DNA of 64,000 nt. Origin: Chrysomallon squamiferum (Eukaryota; Animalia; Mollusca). Position numbers and translations under genes: made by a program. The notes under the pieces were generated by a model, which did not search any database, was not told the DNA's origin, and was given only the letters and a program-made list of their open reading frames with translations. The stretch spans positions 25,482,001 through 25,546,000 of the forward strand of contig CM022670.1 in NCBI GenBank assembly GCA_012295275.1, written 5' to 3'. Positions within the stretch are counted from its first letter, which is position 1. Each line of letters opens with the position of its first letter. This document shows positions 1-13,113 of this stretch, piece by piece.

Positions 1-1427
1 ATCACAGGTGTTTTCTCTAGTGTCTTCTTGTTGATGCACAACCACAGGACACAAAAGAGAACGCCTACTGAGTTACATAAATTTAGAAGAAAAAGAAAAG
101 GTTGTTTGAATTGATTACTAAGAGTAGCTGGCTTGCAGAGAAGTTTTTAACCGGGCGATGTAACAATCACCGATTTTTATTTTTTATATTTTGCGTTATG
201 CGAGATGCTGCATATAATTTCAAACAAATGCAACCTTCTATAAAACAAATCGAATTATTTCAAGTTTTGCAACGTCTTTTATTATGAGAAGTGATTACTA
301 ATCGCATGAAAACCAAAATTATCTTTCTTACTTTGTAATCAAATTTCTTTCACGATCAAGTAAATTTCCTTACGTTTTTGTTAATTTTCGTCTTTCGCTC
401 TCTCTAGTTTCTTTCAAACTAAAGATTAAGGAAACACAGTTGTATAAAACTAGGCTTTTAAGATTTTGTTGTTTTCAGTATGATACAATCTCAGGCAACA
501 AGTCGATATATACATGTCAAGACTGCCCGTAAAGATTAACTTATATATTATATACATTCTGTGATGTCCATTATTTTACTTATAAAATAAATAAATAAAT
601 AAACAAAGTAATTAAATATAAAAATAATAATTATAATAAAAGGTATCTGTAACAATGAATAATAATTATAATAAAAGGGTATCTGTAACAGTGACACTGT
701 TCATAATAAAATATCATTAGTTATATAATTATGAAAAGAAAAAAGGTTTATAAAATAAATCATTTTAGAACTCTATATTATCGTATTGTTTAAAAAGAGT
801 ATCTTAAATCTTGTAATGTACACTGGCCAGAACACCATCGTGCAGATGGTTCCTCAGAGTCATCAGTATTTCAAATAATGAAGTAAATTTAAATAAAACT
901 GTTTATTTACACAATATATTTATATATGTATGTGAGTGCATGTGCGTGTGCATGTGTGTGTCTGAGTGTGTGTGATAATATTTAAACGTATTATTATGGC
1001 TTTATAAAATTTTAAGTTTAGGAATTAAAAACATTTATTGTTACATGATGGCAGGTGGCCAAGTAACTCGTATGTTATTTAAAGATTTTACTTACATTGA
1101 TCTGGATTATGATCGGATTATTGATTGCACTCAAGCAGGCAAACCGCAAGAAGGGTTCTTGTTCCTAAACCTCGTCACTGTCATTTCTCACTAACACATA
1201 AATGCTTATGTGTAGTGTAAGCCAAGCTACATCGTTATAACGCATTGGACTGCATTCTCACTAGTAGAGTTAACTAATAATTAATTTTACTTCATTGATG
1301 GAATAATATATCCTGACAGCTGACACAAAAATGGAATATTCTGAATATTACAACGGTTAGTATATCACAATAAAAATTCACACAAAAGCAAAATAGTAAG
1401 TAAAGCCTTCAACACCCGACACATACA

Positions 1428-1650
1428 CAGGCTGAGGATCCCGTATCCGAAATCCTGACATCCGAAAAGCTCCGAAATCCGAAACCTTTTCCGAGCAGCA
1501 GAAATAATAATATCTTACAGTTTTCGGATTGGAATTCACATTTAGACGTAGATTCTATTCTCATGCTGTCTCCTTATATTCCAAAAATCCGAACTATTCC
1601 GAAATCCGAAACACTTCCGTCACAATCAATTCGGATAAAGTATTTCAGGT
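1428..1650. mobile_element. pogo/Tigger-like non-autonomous DNA transposon (MITE)
   Basis: Starts CAGGCTGAGGATCCCGTATCCGAAA and ends CCGAAACACTTCC...TTCGGATAAAGTATTTCAGGT (degenerate inverted terminus). Internal TCCGAAA motifs are repeated. The layout resembles Tigger4/MER46 termini as I recall them. Confidence 0.6.
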
Positions 1651-1922
1651 ATATAAAAAGGTATATATTTAGATATATTTATATACGGATAGGTTAATGA
1701 TGTGATTTGTTATAACAGACTATGATTTACACGTTACCTTACAGATGTATTTATTGAAAAGGGTTATTATTACCTCGCCTAAAACACTGTAAAACATATT
1801 CGTAGTAATTCAGCTTTAAATATCTCACTATTGTCTACATACAGCAGATGTATATGAGTGTGTTTGTGTGTGTCTGAGTGTGTGCGATAATACATAAAAC
1901 AAAATTGATTAAATAAAAATAA

Positions 1923-1981
<59 letters not shown>

Positions 1982-2835
1982 AAAAAATAGAGAAGTATAA
2001 TATATTCCAAATACGGAAGAAAAAACTATTATCAAAATAAGATTTTAATGAGTCTAGATGAGCAGCCTAAGAGCCATTCGTCAGCCAGAAAACGTGAAAA
2101 CAACAGCAACGCAGTATCCTCCAAGGTTGTAACTTCACTGAATCAAATGAGGCAAATGTACATTATGAAACTCACACATCAATCTCATGTTGGTTTAGTC
2201 AGAAATTAATGTCCAGTTTTGTATTATCAATCTGATTTCCATTATGATAAAACTAGCAGACTGAGATAGAGAAATGTCTTTAAAAAGAGTCTATTACTAT
2301 AAAACTAGGAAACCATATATAGAAACCATATAAAAAAGAATGATCTGAATTCAGATTAAACGTCGAAAACAAAACAAGGAAATAAAGGGGAAAAATCAAG
2401 AAAAGAACAAAAGAAACAGGACAAAATTAAGTTTGAAAAAAAAGAAAAGTCAAACTAGAAACAAAAACAAACCAAATAATAAAAAAGAGAAATAAAAAAG
2501 ACGAGACACATAAGAAATAAAACAAAACAAAAAACAAAAAAACATCTCGGACTAACCAAATAAAACGCCTACTCTCCAAAACAAAAGACCCTCGAAAGAA
2601 ACACAACATCAACAACAACAATAATAATAAAAACTTTCGTCCACCCTTAAATGTAAAAATAAATGAGTCATCAACCAATGTATCTGACGACGAAGGGAAA
2701 CACAACACGTAAATACCTCTGCCAAAACATAAAAAAAAAAAAAAAAGTCCAAAAAGTAAAAATGGCAAAAAGATATAATAGTAATAAAGAAAAAGAAAAA
2801 AAAAGAAGTACCATTGTAAACTAATCAGTGCAATT

Positions 2836-3888
2836 TTAGGATAACAACAAAGGGTTGACTTCCTTTTTCATCGTCGGAGTTAGCTGTGTTAAAGCCGCGA
2901 ACCAGAGAGTTTCGACGATGCCTTTGTCTCTGCCAGCACTGACTGCTAAATACGAACACTTCTTCTTCTTGAGGTAGCATTTGATTCCTCGATCCAAGTT
3001 TAACGTCATGTCTGCACGTATGTACTCAAATGTCACGTTCCCCACTTTTTCAGGAAGCATTCCGTAGAGATAAATGTCATCAACCCAGAAGAAAGGTGTC
3101 AGATAAGAGGCACGGTACAGTGGTAATATGAGATCACGGGATATCAATACTAGGTAACCCATGCAGTATTTTACAGGATATTTGTTATAACCCCGAAATA
3201 TAAACTTGTCTACGTGCCATTTGTGTTTTCCTCTTTGAATTTTGGCTTGGCCCTTTTTCAAGAAGTGACACATCATAGTTCGCTTTTTAGATTTCAGCTT
3301 TGGGTAAAACTTTTCTAGCAGAATGAAGACATTTACAAATATATCGTCATCAATTTTGACTACCATTTCGGCTTCTTGACAAAATTCGTGTATCCATCTA
3401 AAAGCCATGACGCCCTTATGAGTGAGATTGTGATATGTGTCCAGAAAATTTCCCTGCACTATATCCCCATACACAACACTTTCGTTTTCTATCAGCTCTT
3501 GATCATGTTTGCTATATGTCAATCCAAAGAAGAAAACTATTCTTAAATTAACATTTTTAAAGGTATTTGCGCTGGCCCATGTTTCTCGAATTATTCTTCT
3601 TCTTTGAAAGTGATTAATTGCACTATGAACGATGATTAGAAAGGTGAGATTACTGGTATCTGAACAAACGTTACGATTATTTATGACATAGAGGGATTCG
3701 AGGGTCAGTGGGTATAAACTTCGTTTTGTTATTCGATGTAAGTCCCTGTTAGACTTCTCTTTTACTGCCTGAATGTTTTTGGCTTTATTTTCACAAGTCA
3801 CTTTAATTTGAGAAAATGAAATAATAAATATGAGCACGGTTACGTGCAAAGCAAATTGTTTTAATGGTTTACATTCTGTATGCATCAT
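2836..3888 (-). CDS. GT31 beta-1,3-galactosyltransferase-like protein, type A (350 aa, intact)
   Basis: N-terminal hydrophobic anchor. GT31 motifs IIVHSA, RRRIIRETW, GDIVQGNFLDTYHNLTHK, KIDDD (DxD), KW, YP..YC.G and FWVDDIYLYG. Confidence 0.93.
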   Translation of the reverse strand: MMHTECKPLKQFALHVTVLIFIISFSQIKVTCENKAKNIQAVKEKSNRDLHRITKRSLYPLTLESLYVINNRNVCSDTSNLTFLIIVHSAINHFQRRRIIRETWASANTFKNVNLRIVFFFGLTYSKHDQELIENESVVYGDIVQGNFLDTYHNLTHKGVMAFRWIHEFCQEAEMVVKIDDDIFVNVFILLEKFYPKLKSKKRTMMCHFLKKGQAKIQRGKHKWHVDKFIFRGYNKYPVKYCMGYLVLISRDLILPLYRASYLTPFFWVDDIYLYGMLPEKVGNVTFEYIRADMTLNLDRGIKCYLKKKKCSYLAVSAGRDKGIVETLWFAALTQLTPTMKKEVNPLLLS

Positions 3889-4338
3889 TATTGGTAGTTT
3901 TTCGGCAAGAGATACATTTTCTTTCTTTTCATGTCGATAGCTGCATATTTCACAATGACATAAATATTGTTTTCACGGGTGTTTAATCCAAATGTGCAAG
4001 AATAACTTTCTTTTTCCTTTTTTTTATCTTATGAAATAAAGTTATGGATTAAACGTTCTTCATCGTTTCATCTTCGAGTGATTTTGAAATATTATGTAAT
4101 TTAAGATATGTTTCTTAGCCAAAGTAACGCATTAAATCGTTTGTTCGGTTATTAGTTTTTCATGAAATTTGATATATCGGTGACACTGCTGTGATTCACT
4201 CTCTCCTGTGACCGTACAAAAATAATCACCTCATTTTAGCTGACCTCACAGGACCCGTTGTTGACTAACTCTGTAATGAAACCTTCTGCTGTTCTAAGTT
4301 AATTGTTTGCTGCACGATGAATTTCTAAAATACTGTTT

Positions 4339-4840
4339 CTGCAAAAATATAAAGAAATTGACAGTAACACGCGGCGATTTGACAGGAATAATTTATGGCA
4401 GTTATTGAAATGAACTGTACAATATTGAATAATAGAGAGAATATTGAATAAAATAAACAAAAGCAAACCTATTTCATTTATATTTTCTGTCGTTACAAGA
4501 ACTTTTGTTTTTAATATTTTATATGCATATAGACTTTTTTATGTATGTAAGTACCTACGTAAACACGTATGTATGTATGTATGTATGTATGTATGCATGT
4601 ATGTATGTATATGCGAGTCTTTTCTGTATTTATATACACGTGTGTATTTAAGCACTAACATAATAACATTTTAATCAAACTCCTGCTTTATTTTTCACAA
4701 CAAATTTAGTTACAGAAAAATATTTAGTATGAAATAACTACTGATAAACTAAAATAACAGAACATTTAAAGAAAGAAAAAAAACAAAACAATATGATTTA
4801 TCAGAAAGCAGTTTAGAAAATTAAACAATCTAAAACCTAC
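4339..4840 (-). other. Putative 5'UTR intron of the type A gene
   Basis: Minus-strand donor GAG|GTAGGT at 4840 and acceptor TTTCTTTATATTTTTGCAG| at 4339. Both are conserved in the duplicate (about 20420 and 19917). Confidence 0.35.
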
Positions 4841-4915
4841 CTCAATTCATAATTCTTTTCTATTTAATAAAATTCAATGCGCACACGGGGTAGATCTTCA
4901 AGCAAAAAAATGAAC

Positions 4916-4932
4916 GCGCCTGCGCAGGAAAT
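4916..4932. promoter_or_regulatory. Candidate NRF1-like/ETS-like promoter motif upstream of the type A gene
   Basis: GCGCCTGCGCAGGAAAT in an otherwise AT-rich region. The duplicate has TGCGCCTGCGCA at 20497-20508. Both resemble the NRF1 consensus YGCGCAYGCGCR. Confidence 0.3.
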
Positions 4933-5879
4933 GATTTTAAATCTAGGCGACAAAGCTGGAATGAAAGAATGCAAACAAAGTTTATACCGACTGGTGAAAA
5001 TAGAGTAGGAGATTAATGTCAGAACCACCGATAACTTCAGTTCACTGGATTTAAATTATGTACCCTATATATATATGTATGTATGTATATCAGAAGTAGA
5101 AATCAGTAAGTTGATCACACACACACACAGACACAGACACACACACATACACACACACATACACACACACACACACACATATGTATAGCTAAAATGATAC
5201 TACTACCACTAATACTACTATTACTATTACTATTACTGCTACAACTGTCACATTAATTTCTCAGTACATGGTTATTATTCATTTTGTTAAGCGTTGATTA
5301 CAGAATATAGTGTGCTACATTTAACTTGTTAAATTACGTTCACACGACGCAGTGAATATAAATGGCTTATTATGTTCTAAAATTGTAAGTGCTTATTAGT
5401 AATCCTGCAATAAATAAATCGACAAAATATTCAAGAGTTCTCACCTATTAACATGGCTTTGAATATTTTATTTGTCACATGCTGTTGCTTAGAAACAGGT
5501 CGTGAGAATTTTCTAGACACCTTTCTTCTTTTTTATTTTTTTTATTATTATCATTTTATTTTCTCTTCTGTAAATAATAGCCATGATCAGTTTTTAACTG
5601 TCAAACGTATTGCAGTAACATTAAACGAGACTTTTTTTGGTTTGTTTTGGCAATGGCTATGAAAATTAAGTATATTAAAAAAGAAGAAGAAAAGCTGTTA
5701 TCAGACGAGCAGGCAATGACATTTTGATTGATAACATTAAATGGAATGAAAATAAATTTTGCAAGATTGATTTTTATATATAAGGAAGCCAATAATATTC
5801 TGACTTTTTCTACATAGATAGAAGTAGTGAATGAATGAATGAATGAATGAATGAAGTAATATAATTGTTTTATATATAT

Positions 5880-5898
5880 CAACAGCAACAAGGAGAAT

Positions 5899-5941
<43 letters not shown>

Positions 5942-6084
5942 ACAATAATAATAATAATAATAATAACAATAACAATAACGATAATATAATAATAATAATA
6001 AACATAACACCATCAATAACAACATTAACATTTAGAACAATAATAAGAATAACAATAAAACAACAACAAAAACAACAACAATAT

Positions 6085-6155
<71 letters not shown>

Positions 6156-6160
6156 ATATT
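5880..6160. repeat. Compound (AAC)n/(AAT)n/(AAAT)n microsatellite
   Basis: Directly visible; source of spurious poly-Leu ORFs. Confidence 0.95.
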
Positions 6161-6164
6161 TAAT

Positions 6165-6625
6165 CCAGACATTGTCATTCTGCTCAGGTTGATATTTGTT
6201 ATTATGGTTGTCCAGCTTTAGAAAACAAAATTATCGGCTACGCTTTTTCTGTCAAAGCCATGGACCTGGTATTTCTACTTCTGATGGATCTTTGATAAAC
6301 GCATAATGGAGCAATGTTTGGACCGAGAAGTGTTTGAAATTTTTAAAATTAATATGACTGTAAATGCGAAAGAAACATTACGTCAGTATTACAATTCATC
6401 AACACTCACTGTGTATCCTTGTTATTATAGAATAGAAAACCCCAGTTTAACGTGCGTAGATTCACTTAGAGGCATGAACAACGCATTCCAGCTTCACGTT
6501 CGAGAAGGGTACGAAAATCACACTGATATTTTATACATACTGGATATTAATTCACTACTTATTTGTCCTTTCATTACGCTGAACGATGACGAGGTCATTC
6601 TGCCTTCGTTAGATATAAACACTTT
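6165..6625 (+). pseudogene. Coding-like relic of unknown protein (possibly Mth-like/adhesion GPCR ectodomain fragment)
   Basis: Non-repetitive Cys-containing frame (...YPCYYRIENPSLTCVDSL...LLICPFITLNDDEVILPSLD). Partial paralogs lie at 43456-43760 and 58879-59180. The family guess rests on a weak motif impression. Confidence 0.3.
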
Positions 6626-7591
6626 GAATTTAATTTATTTAAATCTATTTATTGAGAATTTTTATTTATTTATTGATTTAAATTATTTATCTCTTTATTT
6701 ATTTATTTATTTATTTCAAAAGAGCATTTTTTTAAAAACCAGGATATTCAGGACGTCAATGGGAGTGTAAAATGACACGTGTTTTTCCACACACTGTCTC
6801 TGATTAATCCATAAAATATGTGAATACACGGGAAGTTTAGAAACACACGTTCCTCACTCAAGTAACTTATCCACTGTAGAATTTTATTGTATTTTTATTT
6901 ATAGATCTTTTCACCTTTCGGAAATCTAATTTTATAAACGAACATGAACATAAAGCACTGGAGATACCTAACGATATCTGCAGATTGCACATTAAACCAT
7001 CTAAGAAACCCCACTATACATACACCCCCATTAAAACATTTTTAAAACCCACAATACAAACACGAAACTATAATAATAAATTAAGTAAATTTAAAAAGAA
7101 GAAGAAAAGCTATTTATAAGACGAGCTGGCAATGGCATTTTGATTAATACTGTTAAGTGGAATGAAAATAAATTTTGCGAGTTTGATTTTTATACGGAAG
7201 GAAGCCAATAATATTCTGACTTTTTCGACATAGATAGAAGTAATGAATGAATGAATGAAAAAATATAATTGTTTTATATATATTAACAGCAACAAGGAGA
7301 ACAACAAGAACAATAACAACATCAGCAACAACAACAACAATAAGAATACTACTACTACTACTACTACTGCTACTACTACTACTACTAATAATAAAAGAAT
7401 GAATGCAAGAAAGGAGCCGTCGAAAACGTCAGCACAAACGTTCCTGCAGAAATGGCACTAAAATACATGTACTTCCCGTTGTCAGTCTTAAAAAAAAAGA
7501 AAAAAGTTTTGAAGTTCAAGGGAGACAACTCCTGAAATCACCATATTCAACTTTTTTTAATAATAAATTATTATTCTTGGGAAAAAATTAA

Positions 7592-7637
<46 letters not shown>

Positions 7638-8009
7638 TAAAAATATAATAATAAAACAACTTCCTAAATGATAGCAACACAACAATGATAATAATATCTG
7701 AAATATTTATCTGAGTAGAAATCCAAAATAAAATTAATATAAAATCTATAAACAATAACAGACCAACATGAGTTATTATTATTATATATTTTTAAAATGA
7801 TCCGAAATGATAATTATCAGCACTTCTAATGAAACCTGATACTATATTAACTACTGTCACATTTTATATTTCATCAAATATTTAAAATTTTATTTACAGG
7901 AATTCTTTGGTGAAGATAAAAATGAACAAATCCCATTAATATAAATGACGTCAGCCAAGGAAAGAAATATTAGAGTCACCTGAGAAGTATTTCACCTACT
8001 TTAAACAAA

Positions 8010-9379
8010 ATGCACAGCCTGAAACAGTTCAGATCGAAGGACTTTACATACCATACTGGATACTTGTTGTAATATTTTATTATATTTATGTGACAAGTCT
8101 GCAGTATAGGAACCTGGCATTAAGGATATTTAACAACACGCACGTTGTCTTGAAAAGCGCTGTTGAGAATCCTGACGGTACTATCGATGTAGTTTTAAAT
8201 GTTCCAGGCCTTTGAGAATGATTTCCAGAACTTTTCAGAAGAGGACATCTGAGTCATCGAGACGGTGTCCTCCCACCTAGCCAAAAACTTAGCCAAATCA
8301 GTGTATTACAACATCACTGGGTTTTGGCTACGTGGGAGTTGGGTGGTGTGGGATTAACTTTGGTCACTCTATTGTATTCGTGTTATAGTCTGTATCAGTA
8401 CCTCTGGACATCAGCGTTGTCCCTAAAAGGGAAGGCTAGTTTACATGATTCTCGTGAGTATCTGATGATACACTGTGTGTAATGAAAAAAAGATCCTTTC
8501 ATTTCGACACTAGCAATCACGGAGGAAACACCATTCCATGCCATCTAGTTATTTTGCGGTACAAACATAGATAATTTGAAATTCATAATTATCGTTCATA
8601 GCGCAACAGAGAACTTCCAGAGACTCAGAATTAATAGAGAAATGTGTACCAACAAGAACATTTTAAAAACAATTAACGTAAGAATAGTGTTTTTATTTGG
8701 ATTAACGAAAGTAAAAAAAAATCAACTCAGGAACTGATAGAAAACGAAAGTGTTGTGTATGGTGATATCGTGTAGTGAAATTTTTTAGACACCTATCACA
8801 ATCTGACACACAAGGGAGTGCTGGCTTTTAGATGGATACACGCTGAAATGGTTGTCAAAATAGACGATGATTTGTTTCTTAATGTGTTTGTGCTCTTGGA
8901 AAGATTTTACCCAAAATTCAAGACAAAGAAACGCTATATTTTATATCATTTTCGAAAGAAAGGTACCAGTCCCATTGTAAGAGGAGTGAGCAAATGGCAC
9001 GTTGAAGAAAACGAGTTTCGGGGTTACTCGCATTATCCTACCAACTACTGTAATGGCTACCTTGTATTGATATCACGTGACATCATACGGCCATTGTATC
9101 GAGCATCGTATCTCACGCCCTTCTTCTGGGTTGACGATGTTTACCTGTACGGGTTACTTCCAGATAAAATAGGTCATGTTCACCATGAAAATATACGTTC
9201 GAATATGACTTTAAATTTAAATCTAGGACTTAAATGTTTCCCAGAAAAGAAAAATTGTTCATACTTGGCAGTAAATGCTGGGGATCAAAGAAAGCGCGGT
9301 TGAGAACATGTGGTACGCAGTTATATCACAGATCAGTCCTACAATGAGAAAAGAAGTCAATCCCATTCTACTTTTCTAA
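8010..9379 (+). pseudogene. GT31 type B pseudogene (copy 1)
   Basis: Acceptor TTTACAG at 7899 and ATG at 8010. Frameshifts, an insertion in the stem, tandem stops TAG TGA at 8773-8778 in GDIV(QG)N. KIDDD, YPTNYCNG and FWVDDVY are retained. C-terminus ...KEVNPILLF* at 9379. Confidence 0.9.
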
Positions 9380-10175
9380 AAGAATCACAACTATAAATGT
9401 TAAATGTTTCACTGAAGTTCTTGAATTTTACTCACAAACTAAACATTTAGTTATTTTTCAGATCTATATTATTTCGTAAACTTGTTACATACATTATTTA
9501 ATTGTAACAAACAATGTATAAAACTGTATGTTTGTTAACTAATCTTTCGCAATAACAAAGCGTGAGATTAAATTTTTGTTTTTATAATGACGTCATTTGT
9601 TCTGAGATAAATATATCACGGATTTGTGATGTTTGCAGTTTGCTAAAATATGAAACGACGTCACAAAAGTATTCATGAAGGTTTTATGAGAGTTTGTTTC
9701 TTTTCTTTTTTCTTTTTGTGTTTCTTTGTTGTTTTTGTTTTGTTTTATTTATTCTAAATACTCTTTGATACTGAAGATGAGAGGAACTATGATAATTATA
9801 CTGTAGCTCTTACTATACGGCGGCAATAAATATATTTAGAGACTTCATTTGTTTTGCTCTTCAACAATCAGATAAAAAATATTGATAATAAATTGTTGGG
9901 CTATTCAAGATTTATAAAATCTGAGAAAACATATTTAATAATGACAATAAAGAAATCATATTTTGTCTATGTTTTATACTTTGTTTGAAGTATTTTTGTA
10001 AACAGTTATTGCGATTAAAATTATGTTACAGAGATGAGAGACGTTTTCTTTTATCTTATATATATTATGTTAATCTATAGAGAAAATAAATCAGGATAGC
10101 GAACATTTTTATTATTACTGTATTCAGTTTAAGACATTTTAGAAAATATAGGCCAGCTGCTCACAATTCATCTTT

Positions 10176-10178
<3 letters not shown>

Positions 10179-10267
<89 letters not shown>
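10179..10267. repeat. (GA)n microsatellite
   Basis: Pure GA tract; similar tracts at 11393-11489, 23951-24059, 38356-38404, 45663-45741 and 61483-61578. Confidence 0.97.
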
Positions 10268-10269
<2 letters not shown>

Positions 10270-11387
10270 TTTTTCTTTTGTTTTCTCAATTTTTTAAGAT
10301 GTAAAAGCAAATAAAGAAGTACTAAATGAAAAGGTTCTAATCTTCACCTTCTTCCTTAAACAAATATTAACAAAAGTGACGATTTAATGTACCATGATTT
10401 CTTTTGTTGCAATTTCATGTCCTGTTTATCAAACGGAACTACAAATCAAATATGTATTATATTATGACTGTCACGTTTTGGCAACAGAGGATAAAGTGAA
10501 ATATAAGTCTGTCAAAATGTTCTTTCTGACTCCTTAGAACGACAGAAATTATTTGAGTGACACAAGATTGTTTCCTTAGGAAAACAGGTTATGGCCCACA
10601 AAGTCGACAACTCGTATAAATGATGTTAAAACTGTGTCTGCTTAGCGGGACATGTACTAGTGAGCACACCTCCAGGAAATTTTCTCTCCTCGCTTTCTAT
10701 TTATGCGAAGTTTAAGCTGGTTGTAATGGAAATGTCGTACGCCTATTAACATGTCGATAAAAGTCACTCTAAATTGTGCAGCTGCCATAATGTTAAATGT
10801 GAAATAGTCTTCCATTTTTATATAAAACTTTATATAGATTAAACCGCGAAAAGAACCAATGTACCAGCGCCTGCTCAGTATAAGTGAAAGGTACATTTAC
10901 TACCTAAAACAGTAAATTGGTAGAGCATAATACGAGTAAAGAAACAAAAACAAAATAAAACGCACAGTTACTTACTCAAGAATAGGAAGCTTAATTACAA
11001 ATTCTTCCCAGGACAGTAATCACGTAACAGGGTTCTCATCTGGTTGTTAACAAAACAAAAAAGCGCAGAATTTATAAAGCAATTAGTTATGTCTACGTCC
11101 CAGGACTTTTATTTTTCTACGTCCCAATACTAAATAAAATAGATTTGTCGACTTCCCGGGACGACACCGTAAAATACTTGTTGTGGCTGTTTTCAAAGGA
11201 TTGATACAGAATAAGTTAGACAGATTAATGTCTTGCATTTCATTCATTATTCGTTTTAAAAACGCAACTGCCAGCAACAAAAACATTAATAATATAAACA
11301 TTTAAAAAGAAAAAAGTAAGGTCACGTCCTTCTAAATCATCAGGAAATATAATATTTTTGATAAACTGACACAATAGATACATTCAC

Positions 11388-11492
<105 letters not shown>

Positions 11493-11672
11493 TATGAATA
11501 CTTATTTTAACCACATATTTATATTAACAATGATTAAATGTAATATTGTCTCCGAAATATAATTATAACAAAATAATTTAATTTTTAATTTTTTTTTTTT
11601 TTTTTTATAACTAAAGTTATTATCAAAAATATTATGTACAGTCTATTATGTATTCGTATAAAAAATGTTCTA

Positions 11673-11754
11673 TTAGTTTCCCACTGTAGAAGGAACATTA
11701 TGCTATAACACCACTGGATTCACTTCATTTTTCATTTCAGGTGCTAGCTGAGAT
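11673..11754 (-). pseudogene. 3'-terminal stub of a lost type C GT31 gene
   Basis: Translates SQLAPEMKNEVNPVVL*HNVPSTVGN*, matching the type C C-terminus, with its own 3' flank. Confidence 0.85.
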
Positions 11755-11955
11755 GAGAGAGGGACAGAGTCCTATGAATATTTATTTTAAACATACATTT
11801 ACATTAACAATTATGAAATGTCATATTTTCTCTGAAATATATTAATAACAACATGAAGGTTATTTATTTATTTATTTATTTATTTATTATTATCAAAAAC
11901 ATTATCTGTAGTCTATTATGTATTTGTATAAAAATGAAAAGAATATAATGTTCTA

Positions 11956-13113
11956 TTAGTTTCCCACTGTGGAAGTAACATTATGATACAACACCACTGG
12001 ATTCACTTCATTTTTCATTTCAGGTCCAAGCTGAGACACTGCTGCGAACCACATCTTTTCGACGGCTTCGATCTTTTTCCCAGCAAGCACAGCTAAATAA
12101 GAACAGTTTCTGGTTTTCGTGTAGCAGTCGAGACCAACATTAACCTTCATGACCGCGATTGGCAGAATGCTTTCAAATGTCAGATTACCCACCTTGTTTG
12201 GAAGCATTCCAAACAAGTAAATGTCATCTATCCAAAAGAACGGAGTTATGTAAGCAGCTTGATATAGCGGATATATTAGGTCACGCGATATAAGAACTAG
12301 GTAGCCCATGCAATAGTGAAATGGATATTTGACATAGCCACGAAATATTTTCTTGTCCACAACCCATTTAGATTTCCTTCTGTGGATGGGGTTGGTTCCT
12401 TTCTTTCGAAGGGGACAAAATATGGAACGTTTTCTCGAAATTAATTTAGGATAAAACTTGTCCATTAGAATGAAAACGTTGAGAAATATGTCGTCGTCTA
12501 CTTTCACAATCATTTCAGCTTCTTGACAAAATTCATGTGTCCATCTCAAAGCTAGAACTCCTTTGTGAGTCAGATTGTGATATGTGTCAAGGAAATTTCC
12601 CTGAACGATATCACCATTCACAACACTTTCTTTTTCTATTAGCTTCTGAATGTTTTGGTTCTTTGGTATTCCAAAGAAAAACACTATCCTGAACTGAAAT
12701 TTAGGAAATATATTTCTGTTGGCCCACGTTTCTCGAATTATTCTGCGATTTCTAACATTTGTCGTCGCACTGTGGACAATGATTAGAAACTTTAAGTTTG
12801 TCACATTTACACAGATACTGGGATTGTTTATTATGTAATGTGATTCGAGAGTCAGTGCATACTGTGTTCGCTTTGAGATTTTTATGAAGCTAGAAGTTTT
12901 AATTTCATTTTCTTTTGCATAGGCTACTTTTTTCTGAGTATCATTTAACACTGTTACATTAGTAATACTATTGGTCTTCATAAGGAGATGTTTCAACATA
13001 TTCTTGCTGTCGAGAAATACACATCTATTATTAATACAAAGTGAAAAATAATTTATTATCAATAATAGCAGTATAAAAAAGATAAGGAAATGAATTCGTT
13101 TGGTCTGTACCAT
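11956..13113 (-). CDS. GT31 beta-1,3-galactosyltransferase-like protein, type C (385 aa, intact)
   Basis: TM anchor, stem, IIVHSA, RRIIRETW, FLDTYHNLTHK, KVDDD, SKW, YPFHYCMG, FWIDDIY. Upstream acceptor TTTCTATTTACAG| at 13215. Confidence 0.95.
   Translation of the reverse strand: MVQTKRIHFLIFFILLLLIINYFSLCINNRCVFLDSKNMLKHLLMKTNSITNVTVLNDTQKKVAYAKENEIKTSSFIKISKRTQYALTLESHYIINNPSICVNVTNLKFLIIVHSATTNVRNRRIIRETWANRNIFPKFQFRIVFFFGIPKNQNIQKLIEKESVVNGDIVQGNFLDTYHNLTHKGVLALRWTHEFCQEAEMIVKVDDDIFLNVFILMDKFYPKLISRKRSIFCPLRKKGTNPIHRRKSKWVVDKKIFRGYVKYPFHYCMGYLVLISRDLIYPLYQAAYITPFFWIDDIYLFGMLPNKVGNLTFESILPIAVMKVNVGLDCYTKTRNCSYLAVLAGKKIEAVEKMWFAAVSQLGPEMKNEVNPVVLYHNVTSTVGN

Noticed and set aside
1440-1620. 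Spaced TCCGAAA repeats as a CRISPR-like array
   Set aside because: Too short and irregular, eukaryotic context, no cas genes; explained by the MITE.
2427-2768. Hydrophobic Phe/Leu-rich ORF (also 18521)
   Set aside because: Reverse complement of the A-rich low-complexity 3' flank; the frame is not preserved between duplicates.
5601-7461. Poly-Leu, poly-Asn and poly-Thr ORFs (also 21278, 33077, 44152)
   Set aside because: Trinucleotide microsatellites with no domain signal.
8818-9303. 161-aa GT31 ORF as a functional gene
   Set aside because: GTG start, no TM, upstream in-frame stops and frameshifts, internal deletion; part of a pseudogene.
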